Below, piece by piece: positions 34,277-34,642 of a DNA stretch of 34,642 bases. The stretch's first letter is position 1; the number at the start of each line of letters is the position of its first letter. Origin of the DNA: Octopus bimaculoides (taxonomy: Eukaryota); assembly GCF_001194135.2 (NCBI RefSeq), contig NC_068990.1:53467745-53502386 (forward strand). Direction: 5' to 3'. The notes below the pieces were generated by a model. It made no database searches, was not told the origin of the DNA, and worked only from the letters and a program-made list of their open reading frames with translations. Position numbers and translations under genes: made by a program.

Positions 34277-34444
34277 TAGTTTACATAGTCTTCCCCCTTC
34301 AAAAACAAACATTCTGCTTTGACGTTCCAACACAATATTGGAATATTGTTTTTCTTCTTTTTGTTGTTTTCAGATATTAGACTGCACCCATATTACTGCA
34401 CCGCTTTCAAAGCTATCAAAGGTATAGTCGTTTATATTGAAACT

Positions 34445-34580
34445 AGCACTTGATTGGTACCTATTTTAGTGAATCTGGAAAGCTGAATGGCAAAGTTTAA
34501 CCCAAGAAGGATTTGAACGCAGAACATTAATAGACACGACTGTATACAACAAAGTATGGCACTCTAACAATTCTGCCATT
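34445..34580 (-). mobile_element. Old, partial SINE (family of 8564-8787)
   Basis: gaatggcaaagtt....ggatttgaacgcagaac...ctaacaattctgcca matches the copies at 25790 and 31719. Confidence 0.65.
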
Positions 34581-34609
34581 TTCTAACGATACATTTTCTA
34601 TGAGTAATT

Positions 34610-34613
<4 letters not shown>

Positions 34614-34642
<29 letters not shown>
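34614..34642 (+). repeat. (TA)n microsatellite
   Basis: Direct reading. Confidence 0.97.

Overview
Eukaryotic, repeat-saturated, AT-rich genomic scaffold from a draft assembly, with six N gaps and long (CA)n, (TA)n and (AAT)n microsatellites. The SINE families and repeat landscape look like an octopus (cephalopod) genome; this is inference from pattern recognition. No intact host gene, rRNA, tRNA gene or CRISPR array can be supported, and most ORFs in the track are microsatellite, N-run or antisense artefacts. Recognisable content: a decayed Tigger/pogo transposase, a TIR-bounded mariner, a near full-length L1/Tx1-type LINE plus a second fragment, R4/Dong-like LINE fragments, tRNA-derived SINEs, and about seven Penelope-like element (PLE) remnants. 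Best second-look items: (1) four type I minimal hammerhead-ribozyme-like motifs, each on the same strand as and 3' of a PLE remnant, two of them sharing a CCGAUGA core variant; (2) a 1.9-kb degenerate tandem array at 15.5-17.4 kb with a peptide block open in all three copies and TAA/TAG codons aligning with CAA/CAG in sister copies (C>T hypermutation or a non-standard-code origin); (3) a foldback-like inverted repeat interrupted by a SINE with a target-site duplication. All translations and alignments were done by eye.
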